Part shown: positions 16,141 through 26,510 of the stretch, in pieces
How positions within the stretch are numbered: position 1 is the first letter of the stretch
How the letters are laid out: every line of letters begins with the position of its first letter
NCBI GenBank assembly: GCA_945621435.1
Contig: CALZBR010000007.1
Coordinates: 8,119-72,118 of the forward strand
Length of the DNA stretch: 64,000 bases
Source of the DNA: an uncultured Lachnospiraceae bacterium
GTDB taxonomy: Bacteria > Bacillota > Clostridia > Lachnospirales > Lachnospiraceae
Reading direction: 5' to 3'
Position numbers and translations under genes: made by a program
The notes under the pieces: model-generated
Database searches by the model: none
Told to the model about the DNA's origin: nothing
Seen by the model: only the letters and a program-made list of their open reading frames with translations

Positions 16141-16932
16141 TTATTTCAATCGGATGTATATCTTTTTTAATTCCAGCTTTCTCTTATGTCTGCGAACAAT
16201 ACTGCAGAAGTGATTGTAGAACCAGAAGGACTGTACCAGCAGGTCATTGGCCTTTCCAATCTTTTTCTTGGTGGTACCCGGATAGTATTCGCCTCCGCAG
16301 GCAGTGGCCGCCCTGCCCTGTTCTCTGATCAGTCGGATCAGACTGCTTTCGCAGGTGATCTCCCCCTTGAACTCCGTATAGGCAAGTCCCACACAGTCCG
16401 GCTTATGGGCATCGCTTCCGCCAAATACCGGCTTGGCAAAGAGCTCTGCTATTTTCTGTGCTCTCTCGTTGCTCTGAACCTCTTCGCAGGCGTTGAAGCC
16501 TTCGAGGAAATCAAACTTATCAATCACAGCAAGCTGTTTGCGATGCTTCCGGGTATTGGTAATGCTCAGATACTTCTCTCCGCAGGGATGCGCCGGTCCG
16601 AGGATTCCTCCGTTTTTATGGACAATATCAATGAGGAACTGCACCGGCAGACCTCTCAGCTCCAATATCTTGAGCTTCACATTTTCCGGCATAATAACCA
16701 GAATATGTCCGGCGTCAATGGTGTCGTATTCTATTCCCTTCAGTACTACAAAATCCTTGAACCGCTTCCCCTTAAGCTCCCTTTTCCAGGCTCTGTAACC
16801 GCCATAGGAATTGTGGTCGCTCACCAGCATTCCGTCAAACCCTTTTTTCTGTAAAATGGAAATGAACTCCTCAATCGGTACCTTGCCATCCAAAGAACCC
16901 TCTTTTGTGTGACAATGCATATCAAATTTCAT
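16141..16932 (-). CDS. PHP-domain metal-dependent phosphoesterase
   Basis: DMHCHT, SDHN, GIEY, GHIL, AHP, GGSDAH; start MKFDMH with GAGG RBS. Confidence 0.88.
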   Translation of the reverse strand: MKFDMHCHTKEGSLDGKVPIEEFISILQKKGFDGMLVSDHNSYGGYRAWKRELKGKRFKDFVVLKGIEYDTIDAGHILVIMPENVKLKILELRGLPVQFLIDIVHKNGGILGPAHPCGEKYLSITNTRKHRKQLAVIDKFDFLEGFNACEEVQSNERAQKIAELFAKPVFGGSDAHKPDCVGLAYTEFKGEITCESSLIRLIREQGRAATACGGEYYPGTTKKKIGKANDLLVQSFWFYNHFCSIVRRHKRKLELKKIYIRLK

Positions 16933-16966
16933 TCGCTTTACCTCTTGTATTCTTCCTGTCTCAACT

Positions 16967-19435
16967 TTAATCAACACTCTTCAGGGATTCCGTCATACTC
17001 ACATTTTCCAGCTTCCCACTCATTCCCCTATTCACCAGCCACGCAAAGACAACAGTTAAAATGGCGCTGTAGAGATAGCTGACCGGTGCAACTCTTGTAT
17101 CAAATGCAATCAGGTCAATCTGAATCTGACTCATTACAAAGGCATGTAAAAACTTCCCCAGCACAAGCCCCGGGAACATTCCCAGTACTGTCAGCAATAG
17201 GTTCTCACGAAAGACATAGCTCTCTGTTTCCCTCTTGAAAAAACCAAGTACCTTTATGGTGGCTATCTCCCTGATTCTCTCGGTTATGTTGATATTGGTC
17301 AGATTGTACAGCACGATAAACGCGAGACCGGCAGCACATATGATGACAATCACCACGATAATGTTCAGGCTTTCCATCATACTGCCTACACGTTCAACGG
17401 TATCCTGATTCACATCGACGGAAGCCGTTTCTTCAAGCTCCATGATGGTTGCTGCCAGAGCATGAGGATCCGCATCATCTTTCAGATTCACATAAACAGT
17501 CTTTTTCTCAAGATTCCCACCGTAAAAGCTCTCCATGGTATCCTCTGAAAGGTACAGGTAGTTATTGACATAATTCTCCATGACAGCAGTGATTTTCACT
17601 GTCATTTCATGCATGTCCCCGTCTCTCAGGCACACCTCATCTCCCATGGCAATTCCGTAACGGTCTGCAAGCTTCTGCGTAATGACGCCTTCCCCCGCAC
17701 CGGGATAAGCAATCTTCTCTCCGCCCTTGGTATGCATGTCCACATAGTCAGACAACCGCCCTGCATCACCCGCTACCACATAGATAGATTTTGTTCCCTT
17801 TTCCGTCACAATATCCATATTCGACTCTGTCAGGCAGAGGAAATCCGCAATGCCTTCTTCTGACAGTTCCGTCAGTCTGGTCTCAAGCTCTTCATTGGCC
17901 GGTGTTTTAAGACTTACTCCGAGATCAAATACCTGAATCTCCCTGTATTGTCTCTCAGCAACATCGGCAATGGAATCCTTAATGCCAAAGCCGGTTACCA
18001 TCAGGGCTGTACACCCGCTGATTCCCAGTAACATCATAAAAAATCTCTTCTTATATCGAAAAATATTTCTGACCGAAACCTTGCGAAGAAAGCTGAGTCT
18101 CTTCCACAAAAACGGAAGCTTCTCCAAAAAGACTCTCTTCCCTGCCTTCGGCGCCTTGGGACGCATAAGCTGTGCCGCAGTCTCCGCCAGCTCCAGTCTG
18201 CAGGAAAACCAGGTGGCTCCCACCGAACAAAGCAGAGATACCAGAACAGAAAAGAACGCCAGCCTCCAGTCAAACACATAAAGCAGTTTATCCGTGTTAT
18301 ACATAATACCGTATACCACCCAGATTACCTTGGGAAATCCCCAGGTTCCCAGAAAAAAGCCAGACACACAGCCAATGACCGCTGCCAGTCCGGAATATGT
18401 CATATATTTGGACATGATGCCTGCGCTGCTATACCCCAGTGCCTTCAGCACTCCAATCTGGGTTCTCTGCTCCTCCACCATGCGATTCATGGTGGTGATA
18501 CACACCAATGCCGCCACAAGGAAGAAAAACACCGGAAATACATTTGCGATTCCCTCTACGATGTTGGAGTCATTTTCAAAACAGACATAGCCTACGTTGG
18601 TATTTCTGCCGAGCACATAGGTCTCCGGCTTCTCCAGTTCTGCCAATTCCGCTTCCATCCTTATTTTCTGATATCTTCGGTCTGCCAGTCGGGACAATGA
18701 CTGCTCCCAAAGCTCCTGCTTCCCCTCTATATAATCAATATATGCGTCACCATAAAGAGGATTATTCTGGCGAAACCTTACATAAATATCCGTATCATAC
18801 TCTATGTGATAAGCCTCCGGCTGCAGATAAATAAACCCATCCAGCCTGCCTGTGCCGAGGGAAGTATTGCCTCTCTCAAACTGAACATAGAGCGGGGATT
18901 GCACCAGACCGACCAGAGTAAAGCTTTCACTCACAAACTTATCCCTGAGCTCCTGCTCATTCTCCGGCGCAATCGTTATGACCGTACCGATGGCATCCTC
19001 TCCAAACATTCTGCTGTCAGCCACGCACTCACTGCTGTTCTCAGGCATTCTGCCTGCCACAAGCTCCACGGCATTGACTTTATCCGGCAGACTCATGGTT
19101 TTGACAACACCTCTGCGACCGCCAGCTCCGCTATACATCACGTCAAGGCTGATGGATGCCTCGATGTCTTCTATTTCGGCATCACCATCCGGCATCCCGG
19201 TCATCTTTTTCAGTTCTTCGATATCCCCGGGCTCAAATCCCCAGGTGGAGACCAGACGAAAATCATAAAAGCCATGCCTGTCCAGATAATCCTTCATGGA
19301 AATAACCATGTTGCTCCTGGTCACCTTCAGTCCCGCGAAGAATCCTACTCCCAAGGCAATAATGGCAAGCATGGCAGCAAAACGTCCGACACTCGATTTA
19401 ATTTCCCGAAACGTACTCTTTCTGATATTTTTCAT
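16967..19435 (-). CDS. ABC transporter permease, FtsX-like with duplicated FtsX domains
   Basis: FPVFFFLVAALVCITTMNRMVEEQRTQIGVLKALGY and LYNLTNINITERIREIATIKVLGF. Confidence 0.9.
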   Translation of the reverse strand: MKNIRKSTFREIKSSVGRFAAMLAIIALGVGFFAGLKVTRSNMVISMKDYLDRHGFYDFRLVSTWGFEPGDIEELKKMTGMPDGDAEIEDIEASISLDVMYSGAGGRRGVVKTMSLPDKVNAVELVAGRMPENSSECVADSRMFGEDAIGTVITIAPENEQELRDKFVSESFTLVGLVQSPLYVQFERGNTSLGTGRLDGFIYLQPEAYHIEYDTDIYVRFRQNNPLYGDAYIDYIEGKQELWEQSLSRLADRRYQKIRMEAELAELEKPETYVLGRNTNVGYVCFENDSNIVEGIANVFPVFFFLVAALVCITTMNRMVEEQRTQIGVLKALGYSSAGIMSKYMTYSGLAAVIGCVSGFFLGTWGFPKVIWVVYGIMYNTDKLLYVFDWRLAFFSVLVSLLCSVGATWFSCRLELAETAAQLMRPKAPKAGKRVFLEKLPFLWKRLSFLRKVSVRNIFRYKKRFFMMLLGISGCTALMVTGFGIKDSIADVAERQYREIQVFDLGVSLKTPANEELETRLTELSEEGIADFLCLTESNMDIVTEKGTKSIYVVAGDAGRLSDYVDMHTKGGEKIAYPGAGEGVITQKLADRYGIAMGDEVCLRDGDMHEMTVKITAVMENYVNNYLYLSEDTMESFYGGNLEKKTVYVNLKDDADPHALAATIMELEETASVDVNQDTVERVGSMMESLNIIVVIVIICAAGLAFIVLYNLTNINITERIREIATIKVLGFFKRETESYVFRENLLLTVLGMFPGLVLGKFLHAFVMSQIQIDLIAFDTRVAPVSYLYSAILTVVFAWLVNRGMSGKLENVSMTESLKSVD

Positions 19436-19459
19436 AAAAGCTCTTTCTCTATTGCAACA

Positions 19460-20164
19460 TTACCATTCAATCTCTGAAACATCCACGGTTTTTTCATTCT
19501 TTATCATGCTGACCACTTTTCCGCTTTTCACGGTAATCACCCTGTCAGCCATCGCCGTTAAGGCCTGGTTGTGGGTAATGACTACCACAGTCTTGCCCAT
19601 TTCTCTGCAGGTGTTCTGCAAAAGCTTCAGCACCGCCTTACCGGTATTGTAATCCAGGGCACCTGTGGGCTCATCACAGAGTAAAAGCTTGGGATTCTTT
19701 GCCAGGGCTCTGGCAATCGCCACCCGCTGCTGTTCCCCGCCGGAGAGCTGTGCCGGAAAGTGATTCATTCTGTCCTCAAGACCAACCTGCTTCAGTACTT
19801 CTGCAGCATCCAGGGGATTCCTGCAAATCTGTGCTGCCAGCTCCACATTTTCCAGAGCCGTGAGATTCTGCACCAGATTATAGAATTGGAATACAAATCC
19901 TACATCATAACGCCTGTAAGCCGTAAGCTCCCTGTTGCTATAGGCGGATATCTCCTCCCCTTCCAGCATCACTTTGCCTTCGGACAATGTATCCATGCCT
20001 CCCATGATATTCAGTATAGTCGTCTTACCTGCTCCGGAAGCGCCCACGATCACACAAAACTCACCTGCTTCTATCTCAAAGCTGACATCGTCCAGGGCTG
20101 CCGTCTCCAGCTCTCCTGATTTATATAGTTTCCTCACATGCTCAAAGCTGACAAATGCACTCAT
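19460..20164 (-). CDS. ABC transporter ATP-binding protein (LolD/MacB type)
   Basis: Walker [44 protein letters not shown]. Confidence 0.95.
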   Translation of the reverse strand: MSAFVSFEHVRKLYKSGELETAALDDVSFEIEAGEFCVIVGASGAGKTTILNIMGGMDTLSEGKVMLEGEEISAYSNRELTAYRRYDVGFVFQFYNLVQNLTALENVELAAQICRNPLDAAEVLKQVGLEDRMNHFPAQLSGGEQQRVAIARALAKNPKLLLCDEPTGALDYNTGKAVLKLLQNTCREMGKTVVVITHNQALTAMADRVITVKSGKVVSMIKNEKTVDVSEIEW

Positions 20165-20215
20165 AATTCCTCCGATAAGGTATCATAAACCCAAATGCAA
20201 GTATATCACATAACA

Positions 20216-20244
20216 TTTACTTTAACCAACACTTTTGTTATAAT
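20216..20244 (+). promoter_or_regulatory. Putative sigmaA promoter of the glycosyltransferase gene
   Basis: TTTACT-N17-TATAAT with extended -10 TG. Confidence 0.55.
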
Positions 20245-20271
20245 GGAGAAAAAATTTTCCCCGGAGATTCT

Positions 20272-23200
20272 ATGTTAAGTATTCATCTGTCCGCCTTATT
20301 CGGCATATCCATATTTGTAATCTGCTCCCTGGGAGCCCGGAATCATACGAAATCTGCTTCCCACTTCAGCGTCTGCCTGTTGTTTGGAGCGGCTTTTTTC
20401 CTGCGTCTTACCGCAGCCGGCATCTCAGGAGGCTTCGACAGTGATACCGCCTGTTTTGCAGCCTGGGCAGAACGTATCTTTCACACCGGTCCTTCCGGTT
20501 TTTACTCCACGGACTATTTTTCAGACTATCCCCCCGGATATCTGTTACTTCTCTGGCCTGCCGGTGCACTCCGCAATCTTCTGGGTCTGGAATACTATTC
20601 TGCCCTCCATCTGATTCTGCTCCGGCTGCCCGCCATACTAAGCGATCTCCTCTGCGGTCTTCTGCTTTACAGAGAGGCTTCCGGACGATATCAAAACAGA
20701 CTGCCTCTCCTTTTTGCCGCAGCCTATCTGTTTAACCCTTCCATTCTGTTGAATTCCGCCGTATGGGGACAGGCTGATTCTGTCTATACACTGTGTCTGG
20801 TGATACTCTGTCTTTCACTTATGCGGAGGCGCATGCTTCCTGCCTTGACCTCCTTTGGCCTTGGTCTGGCAATCAAGCCTCAAATGATTATTTTTACCCC
20901 TGTGCTCTTCCTGGGGCTTTGGGATTACCTCCGGCATAACCGGAATAGAAGATCCCTGCTGAAGCTTCTCGGAACCGGTCTGGCCGCCTTGTTGTTCAGC
21001 CTTCTTCCGGTACTTCCCTTTGGTCTGCAGAATGTCCTGTCACAGTACACTAAGACTCTCGGCTCCTACCCTTACGCTGCCGTCAATGCCTGTAATTTCT
21101 GGGGACTTCTCGGGTTCAACTGGGTCAGCCAGGACAGCGCTTTTCTTGGCTTTTCCTGCCGCTTTTACGGCTATCTGGCCATATTTTACGCCGTTGTGCT
21201 TGTTTTGTATCTGAATCACAGGCTTCAGAAAGACCCTGCCCGCTATCCCTTACTCTGTGCCGTGCTTATGAGTACCGTATATCTTTTCTCGGTACGCATG
21301 CACGAACGTTATCTTTATGCGGCAGTGGTTCTGTTATTGTTCGCCTGTCTCTATCGGCCCTTTTCAGGACTTTATCTTTATTACGGTTGTTTTTCCATTC
21401 TGCATTTTTACAATGCCGCATGGGTTCTGTTCCTATATGATCCTTCCAGCTACGACAGAAAGTCGCCTTATCTGTTGCTGATCTCCGCGGGAATGCTGCT
21501 ATGCTATTGGGGGTTCCTCGGCTCCGTCCGAAAGATACTCTGTCACAAAGAAGGCGCTGCTTCCTTTCCTCCGGCCTTGTCCGATGCAAAAGCACCCCTG
21601 CCCTCCAAGGCGTCTCACGGACTTACCAAAAAAGACGCATTCCTCTTGGTAGCCATCACTCTTTTCTACAGCTGTTTTGCACTTTATGACCTTGGAGATA
21701 TGGTTGCTCCCCAGAGTGCCATGGACCTCAAGGCAGGGGAAACCATTCAGTTATCCTTTGAAAAGGATGGTCACCCCGCTCTTCCCGCCCGCATGTCATA
21801 CTATATTGGTCCGGAACATCATCAGTCCTATGAAATCGCAGTTTCTGATTCCTGTTCCGAGATTTCCATGGTTTCCAATCGGATTACTCTGGATAATGTA
21901 TTTACCTGGCAGACTACGGATCTGGAGCCAATGATTCTTTCCATGGTCAACAGGAATCCTTCCATTGACCGTTCTGCGGCCGGTTTCGACGGGGATACCT
22001 CCGGTATCGGCACTCTGTGCCTGACTGCCGGCAGTGAGAATTCCACCTTACTGGAGCTTGTCTTTTTAGATGAAGAAGGTATTATTATGCTTCCGACAAA
22101 TGCTTCGGACTACCCTGCTCTCTTTGACGAACAGGCTCTTTATCCGGATCGCTTCAGCTTCCGTAACAGCATGTATTTTGATGAAATCTACCACGGTCGC
22201 TCTGCTTACGAAATGCTGCACGGTTATCAAACCTATGAGAATACTCACCCGCCTCTTGGCAAGATCCTAATATCCGCCGGTATTTCTCTCTTTGGCATGA
22301 CACCCTTTGGCTGGCGAATCGCAGGTACTTTTCTGGGAATTATGATGGTTCCGGTCATGTATCTCTTTGCCAGGCTTCTGACGGGCAACACCGCCCTGAC
22401 AGCTCTGACCTGCTGTCTGTTCGCCTTTGATTTCATGCACTTTACGCAGAGCAGAATCGCAACCATAGATGTGTTTGTCACTTTTTTTATTCTGTTGATG
22501 TATCTGTTTATGTATCGATACTGTCAAATGAGCTTTTACGACACAGCACTGTCCAAGACCTTTCTCCCGCTGGGCGCCTGCGGTCTGTGTTTCGGACTTG
22601 GTGTGGCATGCAAATGGACAGGTTTCTACGCAGGGCTTGGATTGTCCGTCATGTTCTTTGGTCTCATGTACCGGAGATATCAGGAATATCGCTACGCAAA
22701 ATGCTATCCCGGGAGCGAAACAAACGGAATCCCTCACCGGGAAATTCTGGTTCGCTTCCTTCCCTGCTTATGGAAAACGCTTGTGTTTTGCATAGGAGTC
22801 TTTGTGGTACTGCCAATGATAATCTATCTTGTATCCTACCTTCCCTTTAGAGACGGTTCAGAGGATAGCCTTATCCTACGTTGCCTGCACAATCAGCAAA
22901 CCATGATAGATTATCATACCGGTTTAGTCGCCACACACTCTTTTTCCTCCCCCTGTTACGACTGGCCTGTCATGAAACGTCCTGTATGGTATTATTCCGG
23001 GATTCTCACCGGCTCTTATCTGTCCGGTGGACTGAGAGAAGGCATCAGTGCCTTCGGCAACCCTCTGGTCTGGTGGGTTGGAATTCCTGCTTCCGTTTAT
23101 TGTTTTTATCTGGCGGCAAAGAAAAAGGACAGAACTGCAGCCTTCCTGAGCATAGGCTATCTGGCGCAGTATCTGCCCTGGTTCTTCGTGTCACGAATTG

Positions 23201-23442
23201 CCTTTATCTACCATTATTTTCCCTGTACAGTCTTTGTGGTACTGATGATTGCTTATAGCCTGTATAACCTAAAGAAACATATGTCACACAGACAATTTAA
23301 GATAGTATTGGTCGTATACGGAGTTGCGGCATTCGGACTGTTTCTTCTTTTCTATCCTGTGTTATCCGGACAAGCTGTCGATGCAGATTACGTAAGCCGC
23401 TATCTTCGCTGGTTCGACGGATGGGTTCTGACTCTTGATTAG
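20272..23442 (+). CDS. Polytopic GT-C glycosyltransferase fusion: N-terminal GT87/ALG-like domain plus C-terminal protein O-mannosyltransferase (PMT/GT39-like) domain
   Basis: N-half DYPPGY, NSAVWGQAD, AIKPQ, RMHERY; C-half YFDEIYH, ENTHPPLGK, FGWR, QSRIATID, ACKWTG, FGNPLVWW, FIYHY. Confidence 0.82.
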   Translation: MLSIHLSALFGISIFVICSLGARNHTKSASHFSVCLLFGAAFFLRLTAAGISGGFDSDTACFAAWAERIFHTGPSGFYSTDYFSDYPPGYLLLLWPAGALRNLLGLEYYSALHLILLRLPAILSDLLCGLLLYREASGRYQNRLPLLFAAAYLFNPSILLNSAVWGQADSVYTLCLVILCLSLMRRRMLPALTSFGLGLAIKPQMIIFTPVLFLGLWDYLRHNRNRRSLLKLLGTGLAALLFSLLPVLPFGLQNVLSQYTKTLGSYPYAAVNACNFWGLLGFNWVSQDSAFLGFSCRFYGYLAIFYAVVLVLYLNHRLQKDPARYPLLCAVLMSTVYLFSVRMHERYLYAAVVLLLFACLYRPFSGLYLYYGCFSILHFYNAAWVLFLYDPSSYDRKSPYLLLISAGMLLCYWGFLGSVRKILCHKEGAASFPPALSDAKAPLPSKASHGLTKKDAFLLVAITLFYSCFALYDLGDMVAPQSAMDLKAGETIQLSFEKDGHPALPARMSYYIGPEHHQSYEIAVSDSCSEISMVSNRITLDNVFTWQTTDLEPMILSMVNRNPSIDRSAAGFDGDTSGIGTLCLTAGSENSTLLELVFLDEEGIIMLPTNASDYPALFDEQALYPDRFSFRNSMYFDEIYHGRSAYEMLHGYQTYENTHPPLGKILISAGISLFGMTPFGWRIAGTFLGIMMVPVMYLFARLLTGNTALTALTCCLFAFDFMHFTQSRIATIDVFVTFFILLMYLFMYRYCQMSFYDTALSKTFLPLGACGLCFGLGVACKWTGFYAGLGLSVMFFGLMYRRYQEYRYAKCYPGSETNGIPHREILVRFLPCLWKTLVFCIGVFVVLPMIIYLVSYLPFRDGSEDSLILRCLHNQQTMIDYHTGLVATHSFSSPCYDWPVMKRPVWYYSGILTGSYLSGGLREGISAFGNPLVWWVGIPASVYCFYLAAKKKDRTAAFLSIGYLAQYLPWFFVSRIAFIYHYFPCTVFVVLMIAYSLYNLKKHMSHRQFKIVLVVYGVAAFGLFLLFYPVLSGQAVDADYVSRYLRWFDGWVLTLD

Positions 23443-23446
23443 CATA

Positions 23447-26344
23447 TTAAGCAGATGTTCCGTTAAGTTCGTCATAAACCTGCCTCAACAGCTCCTCCGC
23501 CTTAATGTCTTCGTACATTAGCAGCAGATCCTTGATTTCCTGTAACTTCCGCTTCACCGCAGGAGTTATGCGGTAGGTTAACAATTCGTCAACCTTTTTG
23601 GAACAATCTCGCGCACGTAAATGTACCATGGAATCAAGTGCTTCCCCAATACCATTTTTTAGAACTTCGACGTCAATTTCCTCTCCTGCTCCCTCATTGT
23701 CATTCCCTTCTGCCCTGTTCAGATACTCCGAAATATAACTCATCTGGTCTTCATAGCTGGCAAGAAGCTCATCGGAATACATGGCGATGTATTTTCCATC
23801 CTTCCTGCGCACAGCTGCTTCCATATCTTTCGCTTTCACCGACAACTCCATGGCACCGATATTCGCGGAAGCACTCTTTAGTCCATGAACTTCAATACGG
23901 TAATTGTCGTAGTCCTCCTTTACGACCATTTCTTTCATCAATGGACATTTTCTCTTTCCATCCATACAATACAGTTTCAGAAGTTCCAAATAATCCTTTA
24001 GTTCTCCGGTATGATGTTTTATAGCCTCACCGATATCAATTCCTGTTATGTTGATTTTTGACATTTCGATTGCCGTGTCATTATCGGTTTCCATTTTTGC
24101 CGTTGCCGATTGAGACTTTGCCTCATCAGGCTCTCCCGTGCCGGACGTCGTTCTGCGAAAGCTTTCCGGTACCCATTTGTTTAAAACATCATTCAGATAA
24201 TCCTTGTCCAATGGTTTGGAGATATAATCCTGGAATCCACACTGCAGGAACTTTTCACGTACTCCTTCCATGGCATTCGCGGTAAGCGCCACAATGACCG
24301 GCTCGGTTCCGTTCTCACCGCATTCGGAACGAATGATTTCAACTGCCTCTACACCGTCCATCTCCGGCATCATATGATCCATAAAAATCATATGATATTT
24401 ATGATTCTTTACAAGCTCAATTGCCTCAGCACCGCTTTCTGCCTCTGTGATTTCAAAGTTATAGCGCTTTAAAAAGCCGATGGCAACTCTTCTGTTAATC
24501 AGATTGTCATCCACCAGAAGGACCTTATATCCCTCAGTTATAAACGGCTTCAATTCGGGCTTTTCCTCCAAAGTCAGCTTCGGCTGCTCACCCAGGGGGC
24601 GTCTGTCAACTATTTTCTGCGGAAGTGTTACCGTGAATGTGGTTCCCTGTCCATATACACTGTCTACAGTAATTGTTCCGGACATCAGTTCCACAAGGCG
24701 CTTCGTTATGGACAATCCTAACCCTGTTCCTTCCACTTTGCGATTCCGCTTGGAATCTACCTGCTTGAAATCCTCAAAAATCTTATCAAGATTCTCCTCC
24801 TCTATGCCGCATCCGGTATCCTTTACCTGCAATACTATCCATTCCGTATCCGGCTCCTCCCGACTGACGGAACCGGCAACCGACACCTTTACATAGCCTT
24901 CCTTGGTAAACTTCATTGCATTATTCATCAGGTTAATCAGTATTTGTCTGATTCTTCCGTCATCTCCGCGATACTGACAAGGCATCGTCATGTCATAATC
25001 GCTGTATACCCTCAGACCCTTCTGGAAAGCGGATATCTCAATCATATTCACCACACTGTCAACCATATTTTTAATGTGGTAATCTCTGACAACCAGCTCC
25101 ATCTTACCGGCTTCCACCTTGGAAAGATCCAGAATATCATTGATAATGGACAGCAGATTGCTGCCTGCAGTCTTGATATCATAAGCATAGGAATATACCT
25201 TCCTGCCTCTGCTCTCCTCCATGATCAAATCACTGAGACCCATAATGGCATTCATGGGTGTACGGATCTCGTGAGACATGTTGGCAAGGAATTCACTCTT
25301 TGCCTGATTGGCTTTCTCGGCCTGTTCCCGAAAACACTTGATTTCTTCAATATAGTTTCTCGTCTTGGTCCTATCGATAAAAGTAAACAAATATCCTCTA
25401 TTATTGCCGTTACCGGACAATCTTTTCACATGTCCTTCATAGAATCTGCCATTTAATTCAAACTCACCATCCGTATCTCCATCCAATATATTCTGCGGAA
25501 AATCTTCCACATTCACAATACTGTCTCCGGCTGCCTGAAATACCAACTCTGTGAATATTTTCCCTGCAGCCTCGTTATAACTGAGCAGCTGCCTTTTTTC
25601 GTTCAACACAACAATGCCGTCATCCATGTTATGTAAGACAATATCAGCCGCCATGCGATAAAAATCGTAATTCCTTCTACTCCAGACAAAGATTACTACC
25701 AGAGCTAATGTCATACCGAATACAAAGGGCGTCGGGTCATAACCCTTTGTCAACTTTGTAGCATATGAAATCAGTGCCACGACAGGAAGACAGGACAAAA
25801 CAAAGAATCCCCCAAAGCATTTTCTCTCCGCTTTTGTCCTGGCATTAATCACGGAACGAAGCAATACATAGGCAGAGAGCGAATACGGGATCACAGTGCT
25901 GCTGATCATAAATACATAATAAGCAGGTCCATAGGAAAGCACCAGATGCGGGAATACTCCCTCCGTCTCCCATGCAATGGAGGTATAGTACAATTTATGC
26001 ATGTCACAGGTAAACACAAGACCTATGATGATCGTACTGATCATGGTGCAGAAAAGTAAGAGCTTTTTAGGCGGTTTACGAAAACAGTATGCAAAAAGAA
26101 ACCAACAATAGAAGATAGGCATCAATCCGCTTCCCAAATATTCCATTTTGGTAGCAGCAATAGCCACTTCCGGCGTAGCAGCGCTAATCTCAAGCAAATA
26201 TGCCGCATTCTGTATCAAAGCGCCTGTCGTAAAAAATATCATCATTTTCTGTTCCCTGGAACAGTCGTTGTTCAACAATAGTGCCAGTGCAAGCCCTATG
26301 ATCAAAATTCCGAAAATCTGTAATCCCACATATAGTCCAATCAT
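23447..26344 (-). CDS. Hybrid sensor histidine kinase (7TM input, PAS-like, HisKA, HATPase, REC, HPt)
   Basis: [44 protein letters not shown]...[24 protein letters not shown]. Confidence 0.93.
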   Translation of the reverse strand: MIGLYVGLQIFGILIIGLALALLLNNDCSREQKMMIFFTTGALIQNAAYLLEISAATPEVAIAATKMEYLGSGLMPIFYCWFLFAYCFRKPPKKLLLFCTMISTIIIGLVFTCDMHKLYYTSIAWETEGVFPHLVLSYGPAYYVFMISSTVIPYSLSAYVLLRSVINARTKAERKCFGGFFVLSCLPVVALISYATKLTKGYDPTPFVFGMTLALVVIFVWSRRNYDFYRMAADIVLHNMDDGIVVLNEKRQLLSYNEAAGKIFTELVFQAAGDSIVNVEDFPQNILDGDTDGEFELNGRFYEGHVKRLSGNGNNRGYLFTFIDRTKTRNYIEEIKCFREQAEKANQAKSEFLANMSHEIRTPMNAIMGLSDLIMEESRGRKVYSYAYDIKTAGSNLLSIINDILDLSKVEAGKMELVVRDYHIKNMVDSVVNMIEISAFQKGLRVYSDYDMTMPCQYRGDDGRIRQILINLMNNAMKFTKEGYVKVSVAGSVSREEPDTEWIVLQVKDTGCGIEEENLDKIFEDFKQVDSKRNRKVEGTGLGLSITKRLVELMSGTITVDSVYGQGTTFTVTLPQKIVDRRPLGEQPKLTLEEKPELKPFITEGYKVLLVDDNLINRRVAIGFLKRYNFEITEAESGAEAIELVKNHKYHMIFMDHMMPEMDGVEAVEIIRSECGENGTEPVIVALTANAMEGVREKFLQCGFQDYISKPLDKDYLNDVLNKWVPESFRRTTSGTGEPDEAKSQSATAKMETDNDTAIEMSKINITGIDIGEAIKHHTGELKDYLELLKLYCMDGKRKCPLMKEMVVKEDYDNYRIEVHGLKSASANIGAMELSVKAKDMEAAVRRKDGKYIAMYSDELLASYEDQMSYISEYLNRAEGNDNEGAGEEIDVEVLKNGIGEALDSMVHLRARDCSKKVDELLTYRITPAVKRKLQEIKDLLLMYEDIKAEELLRQVYDELNGTSA

Positions 26345-26401
26345 GTGTTTCCTCCAAAAATCCGTACCTCATCCCGGTTCTTTTGCATTCAATCTCTATT
26401 T

Positions 26402-26430
26402 ATCATATCAGCGTTTCATTTTCTTGTCTA
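26402..26430 (-). promoter_or_regulatory. Putative sigmaA promoter of the hybrid kinase
   Basis: Minus strand TAGACA-N17-TATGAT with extended -10 TG. Confidence 0.55.
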
Positions 26431-26440
26431 TAAAAAGGCA

Positions 26441-26478
26441 AAAAAGAGAATCAAAAGTATCCACCTTTGATTCTCTTT
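26441..26478 (-). terminator. Intrinsic terminator of rpsB-tsf
   Basis: AAAGAGAATCAAA-N10-TTTGATTCTCTTT perfect 13-bp stem with T-run on minus strand. Confidence 0.85.
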
Positions 26479-26510
26479 GAATGTTTAAATCCGTAGAAGA
26501 GATTCAGGAA

